DNA of 64,000 bases from Planctomycetota bacterium (GCA_038231435.1 JBBRLJ010000014.1:1-64000); one strand, 5' to 3'; shown: positions 1-9,499, numbered from the stretch's first letter. The notes: generated from the sequence alone by a model not told the origin. Numbers and translations are program-made.

Positions 1-148
1 CGACGGCAAACAGTCGTGTCGCGTCGTCTCCGATCTGCGAGAGATCGGAGAGTTCGGTCGTCACGCTCAAACTCGCGTGGCGGGATGCGTACGAAAGACC
101 GGGAATTGGGACCTTCTTCGAGATCCCGGCGAGGATCTGGATTGGCAT
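1..148 (-). CDS. Hypothetical protein, 5' part only (runs off the left edge)
   Basis: Manual translation from ATG at 148: MPIQILAGISKKVPIPGLSYASRHASLSVTTELSDLSQIGDDATRLFAV..., open to the edge; AGGAG SD 7 nt upstream. Not in the ORF track because it is truncated. Confidence 0.65.
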   Translation of the reverse strand, partial: MPIQILAGISKKVPIPGLSYASRHASLSVTTELSDLSQIGDDATRLFAV

Positions 149-256
149 GCGTGAACTCCTGGTAAGCGGTCGAGTGGACTGACGCTCCCCTCCTCGACAT
201 CGACATCGGCATCAGCTTTGGCCGCGGTCGTGGAAGAGAGCGTCAGTGGATGAGGA

Positions 257-487
257 TTACCCGGGCTGCGTGGGTGACGATGGGTGCGGGTGGTGGCGGC
301 TCGATTCGGGCCACACGTAGAGCACCGAGGCCTGGGCGATGCGTATCCGACACGATGCCGAGAGTCTGCGCGCCGATCGCATGCCTATTTCGACGACGAG
401 GCCATCCTGGGCTTCTTCACGCGCGGTGAGCTTACGTCCGAGCTGGGAAAACGGGACAATGTCCATGGGAATGTGGGATGAATGCAT
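257..487 (-). CDS. Small hypothetical protein (76 aa)
   Basis: Strong SD (AAGGAG-acacc-ATG) and same orientation as the next gene; no recognisable motif. Confidence 0.4.
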   Translation of the reverse strand: MHSSHIPMDIVPFSQLGRKLTAREEAQDGLVVEIGMRSARRLSASCRIRIAQASVLYVWPESSRHHPHPSSPTQPG

Positions 488-579
488 GGTGTCTCCTTGG
501 TCTGGGGTAACGGGTGGTAGTAGGCATGAGATACCTCAGCTACTCGAAGCTGAGCTACGAGATGGAACGATGATGGCGT

Positions 580-632
580 GACTCCTCGCTATCGATGCGA
601 CGACGTTGCGCCGTCGCATCGCAGCAGGAATC
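580..632. other. Long inverted repeat / hairpin
   Basis: CGATGCGACGACG (593-605), loop TTG, CGCCGTCGCATCG (609-621), extended by GACTCCT/AGGAATC outer arms. Confidence 0.55.
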
Positions 633-720
633 GAGCCCGAGAGCGCCTCGAGGTATACGTGCCCCTCATCATCCTTATCACATGAATCCGGTGTTTTTTT
701 AACCCCTACCGCACGCCCGT

Positions 721-1062
721 CAGCGACAAGCCGCGGATCTTGTCCCACCGCTGGCCTGCGTCGTTCCGCATGGCCTGCCCACCGATGCCACCGTGGCTGC
801 GGTCCTGGTTGAGAAGTACGACTTCCATGTGCCCCTCTACCGGCAGGAAACCACGCTTGAGCACGCCCGTATCAACCTCAGCTGGGCGATACTGATGAAC
901 TGGGTCAAGCACGGCGCGACGTTCCTGGCGCCCATCCAACGGGCGATCGCGGACGCCATCCGCTCACGACCAGTGATCGGTGAGGACGATACCTGGATCG
1001 ATGCGCGAGATCCGAGCGCGGGCGAGACGCACCAGTCAGACCGTAGATCAGCTCGACAGTAG
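721..1062 (+). pseudogene. IS66-family transposase (TnpC) internal fragment
   Basis: Frame reads PPLACVVPHGLPTDATVAAVLVEKYDFHVPLYRQE...INLSWAILMNWVKHGATFLAPIQRAIADAIRSRPVIGEDDTWI, matching the IS66 KY..hlPLyRQ / lsr.tl..Wv / DET pattern. Both ends are missing and no tnpA/tnpB is visible. Confidence 0.8.
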
Positions 1063-1655
1063 CAGGTCGCTGCCTGTGGGACACCCGTTTGCTACGACCG
1101 AGTGCGAACTCGGGCCTCCGAAGGAATCAGATTGTCCGGTACCAAGCCAAGTGGTCGACCTCAGCAGGCGAAAGCACACCAAGGTGTCGACCGATCGGAT
1201 CACAAACCGCAGTACGGTCGATGCTGAGAAGATCCTGAAGCTCTATGGCGCCGACATGTCGATCGGCGAGATCGCGCATGGCAGGCATCAGCCGCCATCG
1301 ATCCGTACCAGTATCTGGTCGACGTTTTCGCCGAGCTTCATCAAGGACGGACGGATTATGACAAGATGCGGCCGAAGGCGTGGGCGCAGCGGTCTCGGGC
1401 AGCGGCGGCATGAATGTGCGATTCAGGGCAACGCCGATGTACGCTCACATCAATGACACCGGCCAGGTACAACAGATTCTGGTGCCACCGGAGGCGGACA
1501 CCGTGAGCTTAAAGGAGCTCGAGCATCGACTGTGGACATGCCACGATTGGCACGAGTTGGAGAAGACATGGAATCGCCGTCTTTATGACATATGTTCAAA
1601 CATTCTCTGACGTGCCCGTACTTTGGAGTCCCCAGCGATCCATGAGACCCGCAAT

Positions 1656-3614
1656 ATGAAAAGCCAAAGTCTCCGTCCCGCGGCCGAACCATCGGCATGG
1701 CACATGTTGATGTTCCTGATCCTTGGCTTGTGCATGGGGTTCCAATCGGTTGCCCATGGAGCCGATCCGGTCGGTGTCGACCAGGGATCCGGTTTCTGCC
1801 CATTGCATCATCTCACTTACTCCGGCCAATCCTGTCCGAAGTGCTCCGCCTCCCGTGCAGCTACGGGTGGAAGCTCTGGCGGGGCCTCAAGCGTCGCGGG
1901 AGTGGCCGCCGGCCCATCGCTCCAGAACCAGGTGCTGCTCGGCGCAGCGACCCAATTGGGAACGGCATTGGGCCAGATGCTCGCAGGCGATCCGCAGGAG
2001 ACGGCGCGCCTCCAGGCCGCGGCGGCGGCGCGGTCGCTCGAGCTGCAGCGCCAGGCCGAGATCGATGCGGCTGCCGCGGAACAGAAGCGGCGCGAGACCT
2101 ACTCGCGGCTACGCGCCTCGCTCAAGCTCCAGAATTTCGATGGCGATGACGGTAGCCTGCAGCTCAAGGGCGTCGGCGCCGGAACGACCGCAGGCAGCGG
2201 CGATGGGCCGCAGCTCATGTTCGGTGGGCCGGGCGGCGGGGATCACGCGGAATTGAAGCTCAAGGACGAGGACCTGAAGCCGCACGACCAGGCGTTCGGC
2301 CATGTCGATGCGCCGGGCGTGGCCTCGCCCGTTCCCAACGGGGATCCGATGGTCGTGGATCTGCGCGACTACCAACGCGCGGCGTACGTCGCCACGCTGC
2401 CGGACGCCAGCGACGACGCGATCGTCTCGTCCGCGCTCGGCGACACCTCGGTCATCGCCATGCCTCCGGCCGATGCGCAACATACCCTGTCAGGCGATGG
2501 CTTGCGGCGGTTCCAGGAGGCGAGCACTACCTACCGCCGTTCCCATGACGATGGCGCGCTGCAGATAGGCGCCCTCGCGCGCGCCCAGGCGCGGCGCGAG
2601 ATCGCGGGGCGCGAGCTGGACGAGCGCAAGCAGGTGCTCGTACGCGAGCTCGAGCAGCAGACTGACCCCGCGTCGCGCGAGCGCACACAGAAGCTGATGG
2701 CCCAGGTGTTCGCGGTGGCGAAAGCCGAGCACGAGGCCTGGCTGTCCTCCAAGGCCGAGGCCGATCGCGTTCGCAGCCAAGAGGATTTCGATCGAGCCAT
2801 GCTAGTGCGCACGGTCAAGCTCGCGGCGTCGCCGCACTCCCCCGCCTACCTGGACGCGGCGCGCGCCGAGTTCATCGCCATGGCTCCGTCGAAAGCAGAG
2901 CGCTCGATGCGCGCGATCTGCGCCGTCGACATCGACCGCATCGACGACGAGAAGTTCCAGGTGGCAAATGTCGATTGCGTGATCGCAGCCGACCATCCGC
3001 GCATGGCTGACATGCGCCGGATGCTCGATCGGCTGATCGCAGTGTCGTACTTCCCGGACGAGCCAATCCGCCTGGTGATCGTCGGCCCATACACCGTCGC
3101 AGGAGCGAACGATCCGCGCAGGCCGGAGCCGCCGTGCAGCGTCGGCCGCACCATCTACCTGTCGGCCGGCGATCTGGCGGCGAAGCCAAGTGACGACCAG
3201 ATGCTGTTCATTCTCGGTCATGAATTGGCCCACCTGCAGCGCAGCGACTCGCTCAGGTACCAGGCGACCGTGGATGCGGTGGATCTGCAGTTCGACCAGG
3301 TTGATCGTCTGAACGGCAGGACGGCGACGAACCCCACCCCCGCTCAGGCGAAGGACACCGAGGCCGCGAAGGATCTCGCGCTGATCGGGTTTGCCCGCAC
3401 GCAGGAGACCGAGGCGGATCGCGCCGGAGCCGCGTTCATGCTGGCGGCGGGCGGCAAGCCAGCGGGCATAACCGAAGCGTTCCGCTGGATCTCGTCGGTC
3501 GTAGGGCCCGAAGCGGGAAACGAGGCGACCCAGGATCATCCGAAGACCCGACGGCGCTACGATACGATGCGGCGCACGTACGGCGATGAACTCCCCTACG
3601 TCGATTTTCCCTGA
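1656..3614 (+). CDS. Secreted protein with C-terminal M48-family zinc metallopeptidase domain
   Basis: Hydrophobic signal (MLMFLILGLCMGFQSVAHG; start could be 1704); FILGHELAH zinc motif, downstream QETEAD third-ligand motif and DHP motif; long helical middle. Confidence 0.8.
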   Translation: MKSQSLRPAAEPSAWHMLMFLILGLCMGFQSVAHGADPVGVDQGSGFCPLHHLTYSGQSCPKCSASRAATGGSSGGASSVAGVAAGPSLQNQVLLGAATQLGTALGQMLAGDPQETARLQAAAAARSLELQRQAEIDAAAAEQKRRETYSRLRASLKLQNFDGDDGSLQLKGVGAGTTAGSGDGPQLMFGGPGGGDHAELKLKDEDLKPHDQAFGHVDAPGVASPVPNGDPMVVDLRDYQRAAYVATLPDASDDAIVSSALGDTSVIAMPPADAQHTLSGDGLRRFQEASTTYRRSHDDGALQIGALARAQARREIAGRELDERKQVLVRELEQQTDPASRERTQKLMAQVFAVAKAEHEAWLSSKAEADRVRSQEDFDRAMLVRTVKLAASPHSPAYLDAARAEFIAMAPSKAERSMRAICAVDIDRIDDEKFQVANVDCVIAADHPRMADMRRMLDRLIAVSYFPDEPIRLVIVGPYTVAGANDPRRPEPPCSVGRTIYLSAGDLAAKPSDDQMLFILGHELAHLQRSDSLRYQATVDAVDLQFDQVDRLNGRTATNPTPAQAKDTEAAKDLALIGFARTQETEADRAGAAFMLAAGGKPAGITEAFRWISSVVGPEAGNEATQDHPKTRRRYDTMRRTYGDELPYVDFP

Positions 3615-3682
3615 TCCATGCTGCCGGTCTCCCCCGCCCCGCTCTTTCTCCACCATCGCCTCAACCACTTGGAACCGACCAC

Positions 3683-4594
3683 ATGATCTCCAGCCACCGT
3701 CCTGTCGCTCTCGCGCTCGTGGCGACGTTGCTCGTGTCGACGAGCGGATGCAACGACACCCGCGCCGATGCGCCCACCACGCACATGAGTCCGTCTCAGG
3801 CGCAGCAGGCGTTGATCGATTCGCTGAACCACAGCATGATCGGGCCGGTATCGAACGTCGCCTTCGCCCATAATAAGGTCTCCTTCGTCGGGAAAGGCAA
3901 GAGCCACAACGAGCCCGCAAAGACCGATCTGTACTTCATCGCGAAGAACGACTGCCAGGAGGACGATGAAATGGGCTTCTGGGGCTTCTACGTCTGGGGG
4001 TACACGGTGACGTCGGAATATCCGAAAGCGCACACGACGAAGTTCAGATGGACGGTCGAGGAAAAAGCGTCCGTAACCAGGTTCTGCGATGCGATGCGCA
4101 GCCTCGAGGAAGCCGCATGCGCGCCCGACGCTAAGGAAACCGTGGATTTCGACGCTTTCCAAGCCGGCGCGAAGGCGTGGCAGGCGATGAATCCGAAGCC
4201 GGAGATGTCAGATGACGCGCGCACCTTCCGCGTGATGGCCGAAGACGCCTTCAAGCGCAAGGAATACACCACCGCGCTCGACAACTTCGGCTTCGCCCTC
4301 GACCGCTTCCCGATGTGGCCGGAAGGCCAGTACAATGCCGCGCTGCTCGCCGCCGAAGCCGAGGATTACGAGCTGGCAGCCAAGCACATGCGCCGCTACC
4401 TGGTGCTGTCCCCGGATGCGACGGATTCCGCGGCTGCCAAAGACAAGCTCCTGCTTTGGCAGCACAAGGCGAGCGAGGACGCCAAGAACGCCTGGGCGCT
4501 CTGCCAAGCGACGCTGCCGCCGCCTGCTGAGGAAGCCGCCCCGGAACCGATAGCGCCGGCGAGATCGACCATGAAAGGTTCCGGCTACAGATAG
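3683..4594 (+). CDS. TPR-containing probable lipoprotein
   Basis: Signal with lipobox-like STSGC; TPR-like helices AEDAFKRKEYTTALDNFGFALDRFPMWPEGQYNAALLAAEAEDYELAAKHMRRYLVLSP. Confidence 0.75.
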   Translation: MISSHRPVALALVATLLVSTSGCNDTRADAPTTHMSPSQAQQALIDSLNHSMIGPVSNVAFAHNKVSFVGKGKSHNEPAKTDLYFIAKNDCQEDDEMGFWGFYVWGYTVTSEYPKAHTTKFRWTVEEKASVTRFCDAMRSLEEAACAPDAKETVDFDAFQAGAKAWQAMNPKPEMSDDARTFRVMAEDAFKRKEYTTALDNFGFALDRFPMWPEGQYNAALLAAEAEDYELAAKHMRRYLVLSPDATDSAAAKDKLLLWQHKASEDAKNAWALCQATLPPPAEEAAPEPIAPARSTMKGSGYR

Positions 4595-4801
4595 CAGGAT
4601 GACAGGAAAATCTGACGGCAGCAGGGCGCTGGGAGCTGGCCGTCTCCTGCCTTCTTGGAGTGGACGCAGAATTCAGAGTAAATCGCACGCTAAGGGCTAA
4701 GGTTGATTGAGAATTGAGGTGTAGGCATACGCGACTACTGGTCGGGGCGGACGCCCGAAGCTCCGGGTCGTCGAGACTGTGACATCATGGAGCGGAGAAC
4801 A

Positions 4802-5397
4802 TCACTGAGGAAGCTTGTCGTTGAGCGCGCTCGTTGACAGCTTGGATGAGCGCACGAAGCCCCGTGTGGCTTCTCGCTGGAGAGCTCGGGGCACGGGTAA
4901 CCTGATCGTGAACGTGGTGCCGCTACCCACCTTCGAGGTGACGCTAATCACGCCATGGTGTTCCGTGACGATCGACTGACAAATGGCGAGACCCTGCCCA
5001 GTACCGACGCCTGGATTTTTCCTGGTGAAGATGGGCTCGAAGAGGCGCTCCTTCACCGCGTCGGTCATCCCCATGCCGGTATCCACGATCGACATCACCA
5101 CGACGTCTCCGTCACGCCTTCCTGAAATGGTGATGGTTCCCCGTCCTACGGTTGAACCGCACTCGTCGATCGCATCGCTGGCATTCAGGAGGAGATTGAT
5201 GAAGACCTGCGAAAGACGGCCTGGAACGCAGGAAATCAACGGCATGTCATCGGGAATATCGATAATGACGTCGGCGACGTGCTTCATACGACGGTGCCTG
5301 CCGGGTGATGGTATGAGCTTGGTCGATGATCTTCCGAAGATCACAGGGCGTGATGGATTCCCCGGTGGTGTGGGCGTAGCCACGCATCGCCAGCGCT
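4802..5397 (-). pseudogene. Truncated, frameshifted sensor histidine kinase (HATPase_c part)
   Basis: N box (QVFINLLLNASDA), G1 (DTGMG), F (LFEPIFT), G2 (GTGQGLAI). Kinase-like sequence LAMRGYAH...CDLRKIIDQ continues upstream in another frame across a TGCC duplication at 5295-5302. No H-box. Confidence 0.75.
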
Positions 5398-5530
5398 GAA
5401 CATCTGCATGACCAAGCGCCGCTTGAAGACTATGTCCCGGCAACCGTGAAGCAGTTAGGCGCCGCAGCCCCGCAATGGCTGCTGGAAGCACTCAACACTC
5501 GCGACTCAGCGGCGTTCCTGGCGACGGCAG

Positions 5531-5555
5531 TGACCTGACCCCTGAAACTGGTCCA
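5531..5555. mobile_element. Solo terminal inverted repeat resembling IS3-family (IS407-group) ends
   Basis: TGACCTGACCCCTGAAACTGGTCCA resembles, from memory, the TGACCTGcCCCC...GGnCCA ends of this group. No partner repeat or transposase seen. Confidence 0.45.
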
Positions 5556-5601
5556 TCGAAATCGAAATTGTTCCGGCTAACGTCTGCGTCAGGAAGGCAC
5601 C

Positions 5602-5898
5602 ATGCGCATCGAAATCGTCGAAGAAGGCCCCTCCCGCTATCCCATCCTGGGTGACTGCCCCTGTGGCAACGGCTACATCCGCACGGTATCGAAGGATGGG
5701 GACCTGCTATTCTTCGAATGTGGGCAGAAGACCGACCTGCCGCCCGCGTGCCAGAATCGGTTCCATGACCGCGGTGGGGAAGACGGGCAGATCCTCTGCG
5801 CCACCGACGACGATCCGACGCTGCATGACTTTGGGCGCATGATCGAAGACAAAGGGAAGCGCTACTTCGAATCGCACCTGCGTGGGCGAGACCTCTAA
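5602..5898 (+). CDS. Small Cys-containing hypothetical protein (98 aa)
   Basis: SD-like AGGAAGG before ATG; protein-like composition with CPCG and three further Cys. Confidence 0.6.
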   Translation: MRIEIVEEGPSRYPILGDCPCGNGYIRTVSKDGDLLFFECGQKTDLPPACQNRFHDRGGEDGQILCATDDDPTLHDFGRMIEDKGKRYFESHLRGRDL

Positions 5899-6000
5899 TT
5901 GGCCGAAGCGGTCTCCAATACTCATGTGAGACTGCCATTTACGTGGACTCCGTCAGGCTACTATTTCTTTCCCGACCCAAGGTGCATACGCTAACCAGAT

Positions 6001-7026
6001 ATGAACGTCTGGTCACCCCACCGCGATCCTTCCCTCATCCCGCCACTGAGTGAACCTCCGCCAAAACCACTGATTGGTCAAGCCCATCAAATTCGGCGAC
6101 TGACCAAGATCGTCCTGGGAGCCAAGAAACGCGGCGAGGCTATCGTCAACCAACTCCTGGTTGGGGCAGCAGGTACGGGGAAATCCACGCTCGCCCGATG
6201 GCTGGCTCATCTGTACGGTACCATGCTGCATGTCGTGCGCGGGGATCGCGCCATGACGCTCCTGAAATTCGCGGAGGGTGTTAAATCCGTTTCGGACACG
6301 GAGATCCTCTTCATCGACGAGGTCCATGCCTTGGGAAAAGACATCCAGGAGGCGCTGTTCGCCCTGGTTGACCGCGGTGAACTCCCAGCCATCAAGGAGT
6401 TCAAGGATGGTCGTAGGCCACGACTAAATGGCGTACGCAAGGTGTCCAGGGTGAGCATCCTGCTGGCGACGGATCAGCCGGGTCTCTTGGTGCCGGCACT
6501 GCTCAATCGCTTCAGAGTCATCGTTATGGCCCCATATGACCGCGAGGATCTGGTGGCGATCGGCAAGGACTATATGACGGAGCTGAAGATCACCGTCAGC
6601 ACTCAGGCGCTCAATTTGTTGGTGTCCCAGTGCGAGTGGATTCCCAGAAGCCTGAAGCTCAATCTGCAGGCACTTGCCCAGCTCCACTCCGAGAGTGCTG
6701 AGAGCTTGGGCATCGAGCACGTGCGCGAGTTATTCGACGGTGAAGGTCCCGACCATGCGGGGTTGATGCGCTGGGAACGTCGATACCTCGAATTATTCAA
6801 GACGTCCTGGCACGAGCTCAGCATCTCGGTGATCGCCAAGAAACTGAGTTTCGACCAACGCTACGTCATAACGAAAATCGAACCCCGGCTCGTAGAGGAG
6901 GGGTACATCACCATCAAAGGCAACGCACGCCTGCGTGGACCATTGGGAAGCAGCGTGCTCGACCTGAAGCACCCCGACTACAAGGAACCCGAATCCATAC
7001 CTGACGGGAACAAGCCGATTTGCTAG
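6001..7026 (+). CDS. Divergent RuvB-like AAA+ ATPase (paralogue, no ruvA/ruvC nearby)
   Basis: IGQ motif, Walker A GAAGTGKS, Walker B ILFIDEVH, Arg finger ALLNRF, sensor-II IPR, RuvB-like C-terminal winged helix IEPRLVEEGYI; 341 aa, RuvB-like length. Confidence 0.8.
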   Translation: MNVWSPHRDPSLIPPLSEPPPKPLIGQAHQIRRLTKIVLGAKKRGEAIVNQLLVGAAGTGKSTLARWLAHLYGTMLHVVRGDRAMTLLKFAEGVKSVSDTEILFIDEVHALGKDIQEALFALVDRGELPAIKEFKDGRRPRLNGVRKVSRVSILLATDQPGLLVPALLNRFRVIVMAPYDREDLVAIGKDYMTELKITVSTQALNLLVSQCEWIPRSLKLNLQALAQLHSESAESLGIEHVRELFDGEGPDHAGLMRWERRYLELFKTSWHELSISVIAKKLSFDQRYVITKIEPRLVEEGYITIKGNARLRGPLGSSVLDLKHPDYKEPESIPDGNKPIC

Positions 7027-7549
7027 ACTTGATGGAGGGGACATCGTCGTGGCTGGGTACACTGTCGCCCGAGTGATACCGCCCAGCAGCCCCAGAGCAG
7101 ACGCCTGACGACACGGACAATGACCCCACCCAGCAAAAAATCCCGACGAACACGAGAAACAATCAGGTCATATTCGAAAGAAATTCTCCCCTATGGAGCA
7201 GAAATTCACCTCTGGCGAGGCGAAATAGCCGCCCCTGCCCCACCCCACATGCGTGCGCGACCTGGACAAAGCCCGCGGCTCAATAGCCATAAGGAGCCAT
7301 TGGGTCGACGATTACGACACCTTCGCGCTCGCCCCACCCACCTCGGCACCCGCTATGCACGCGCCATCACCTGCGCGAGGAGAGCAGGAGCGGCAGGCGC
7401 CGATGGACCGGACGTTCGCACCTGCTGCGCCTGAACGCACGCGGCACTCGCCGGTGAGTCTGCACCTGCAGGATCGTGGTTGCGCTGGAGTACGGTGTAG
7501 CGGCGTAGGGCGCTCAGTAGGCTGGGGACGGTATGAGGATCCCCTCTCC

Positions 7550-7798
7550 ATGATGCCCCTGCTCATCGCCGGTTCCGTCGCCGTGCTCGCCTGCGCGATC
7601 GCCTGGTTCGTGCGTGGGCTGCGGATGCGTCGGCACCACGACCGGCGCAAGCGTATGCACGATGCCGATCGCGCCCATGTCGCGCGCGCCTGGGACAAGG
7701 CGCGGGCGAAGCGGGACGGAGCGACCGGCGATCTCCTGGGCGCGTCGGATGCGGGGACCAGCGGTGGCGACCAGAGGCCAGGCCCGACGGCGAGGTGA
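7550..7798 (+). CDS. Small single-pass membrane protein
   Basis: MMPLLIAGSVAVLACAIAWFVR hydrophobic helix followed by a basic tail. Confidence 0.5.
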   Translation: MMPLLIAGSVAVLACAIAWFVRGLRMRRHHDRRKRMHDADRAHVARAWDKARAKRDGATGDLLGASDAGTSGGDQRPGPTAR

Positions 7799-7933
7799 TC
7801 CGCGGAAAAACCGCCGAAAAACCGGAAGTGGTGCGCCCTGGGTTGCCGTGCGCGCGGCTGGCCGATCAGCGGGCCTTGTGCATGACCTCGCCTAGTTCCG
7901 GTTTTGCGGTCGATGTCCGTACATCGTTATACC

Positions 7934-8311
7934 ATGCCGCCTCCGACCATCGCGGAGTGTCCCCGCCGACGCTCCAAGCAACTCGTCACCCACGACATGC
8001 CAGGCAACCGCACATCCGCCACCCCTCGATCTCGATCCCGACGGCATTTCGTCAGCATGGATCTGGTCCAGCTCGACCAGGCCATCATGCATGGCCGCCT
8101 CGACCACTGGTCGTACGAGCACCTCTCTGGCTTGCTCTGCCAACTCCCGCGCCCCCAGCTGATGCGCTTCGCCCGCTTGCTCAAGCGCGGGGTACCCGTG
8201 CGCTCGGCCGTGGTCGCGGCTCGCAACGATGGCTCGGACTGGCTGCGCGGCCGTCGGACGCGCTCGCGACGCGGCACTGCGACGAGCTCGTCACGCGCCG
8301 GTGCGGCATGA
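7934..8311 (+). CDS. Hypothetical protein (start uncertain)
   Basis: Central MDLVQLDQAIMHGRLDHWSYEHLSGLLCQLPRPQLMRFARLLKRG looks like a folded helical segment; flanks are low complexity. Confidence 0.35.
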   Translation: MPPPTIAECPRRRSKQLVTHDMPGNRTSATPRSRSRRHFVSMDLVQLDQAIMHGRLDHWSYEHLSGLLCQLPRPQLMRFARLLKRGVPVRSAVVAARNDGSDWLRGRRTRSRRGTATSSSRAGAA

Positions 8312-8514
8312 CCGCCGACGGCGGCGATTTCCTTGAGACAGCACGTGGGCATCCCGTGAGCGGCGCGGAGAATCCGGTCAGTGACCTGCGACCCGGCATC
8401 GCTCCAGGAGACGTCGCCACGGCTTGGGACGCGGCCATCGGGAGTGGAAGAGCCCCCAGGACTTGCGAGCGGTCGATGGGTTGGCGTGGGACTATTCCTG
8501 ACTAGGATCGCGCC

Positions 8515-8724
8515 ATGGATCAGGGCCGGGCCAAGCAGTTGGAAATCTGGAAGGCCTGCGGGCCGGCGCGGCGCATAGCCATCGCGAGCGACCTCATCGC
8601 GATGACGCGATCGGTTCGGGATTCCCGTTTGCGCCGCCGTTATCCCGGAGCAACTGACCGCGAATTGGGCTGGGCCCGGGTCCGAGAGGCACTGCACCTG
8701 CCATCAGGCATAACCCCGCCGTGA
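8515..8724 (+). CDS. Small helical protein, putative antitoxin/partner of the downstream nucleotidyltransferase
   Basis: 69 aa; its TGA overlaps the GTG start of the NTase (GTGA 8721-8724); TAGGAT box 6 nt before ATG. Confidence 0.65.
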   Translation: MDQGRAKQLEIWKACGPARRIAIASDLIAMTRSVRDSRLRRRYPGATDRELGWARVREALHLPSGITPP

Positions 8725-9296
8725 CCGGTCTCGATTCAGGCATCGTCAGGCTCTATCGCGCCATCGCGGACAGCGGATTGCAGGTGATGGTAGGCGGAGG
8801 CATCGCAGCGATCTTCTTCGGAGAACCGAGAACCACCCTGGATGTCGACATGATCATCGACGCCCAGGCGCCGGACGCCGAACGCATTATTGCCGCAATC
8901 GATACTGAGCAGTTCTATGTCCCCCCCCTCGATACTATCCGTTCGGAACTCGCTCGCGGTAGCCGAGGGCATTTCAACATCATCGAGTTCGCTACTGGTA
9001 TGAAAGCAGACCTGTATCCTGCGGGAGATGATCCGCTCATCCGTTTTGGATTGTCCCACGCCTCGGTCAGGGATCTCGCTGGCGTACCGATCGTGGTCGC
9101 GCCAGCGACCTACGTTATCTCGATGAAACTGCGGTACTTCATGATCAGCCAGCAGGACAAACACTTGCGTGACATCCGTGGGATCCTCGCCCTCTCTCCA
9201 GACGAGGTCGACATGACCGCCGTGGATCGATGGGCGATGCTCTCAGGCGCGAGCGATGCCTGGCGACGCTGCCAATCTCAGCGCGGCGAGGAATAA
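8721..9296 (+). CDS. Pol-beta-superfamily nucleotidyltransferase (AbiEii/DUF6036-like)
   Basis: GGIAAIFFGEPRTTLDVD signature, third Asp in KADLY, C-terminal MKL and KHLRDI motifs. Confidence 0.8.
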   Translation: MTGLDSGIVRLYRAIADSGLQVMVGGGIAAIFFGEPRTTLDVDMIIDAQAPDAERIIAAIDTEQFYVPPLDTIRSELARGSRGHFNIIEFATGMKADLYPAGDDPLIRFGLSHASVRDLAGVPIVVAPATYVISMKLRYFMISQQDKHLRDIRGILALSPDEVDMTAVDRWAMLSGASDAWRRCQSQRGEE

Positions 9297-9499
9297 CTCC
9301 TTCGCCACGCTGCGGCACCCTGAGCCATAGGCCTCACCCAGCCACGTTCCAGCGCTCGATCACACGGTCGCAGCGCTGCATCACCTGCGCGGGAGATTCA
9401 CCTCCCAGGCAACCGTGAATGCGTATCGCTCCGCCATGTCCAAACGTTCGGTGGGAATTCCATGCATCGGCGCTCGGACCTCAGTGTATGGTCAGTTCC

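Noticed and set aside
1170..1610. HTH-like fragment (KILKLYGADMSIGEIA) and short ORF 1380-1610 (SLKELEHRLW)
   Set aside because: Too short and without convincing starts; probably debris that cannot be assigned by eye.
4739..4749. TGGTCGGGGCG, the reverse complement of a tRNA-Pro-like 3' end (possible att site)
   Set aside because: Only 11 nt, no adjacent T-arm sequence, and no integrase in the window.
6001..7026. Calling this gene canonical ruvB
   Set aside because: Key RuvB-specific motifs are diverged and ruvA/ruvC are absent, so the symbol is withheld.
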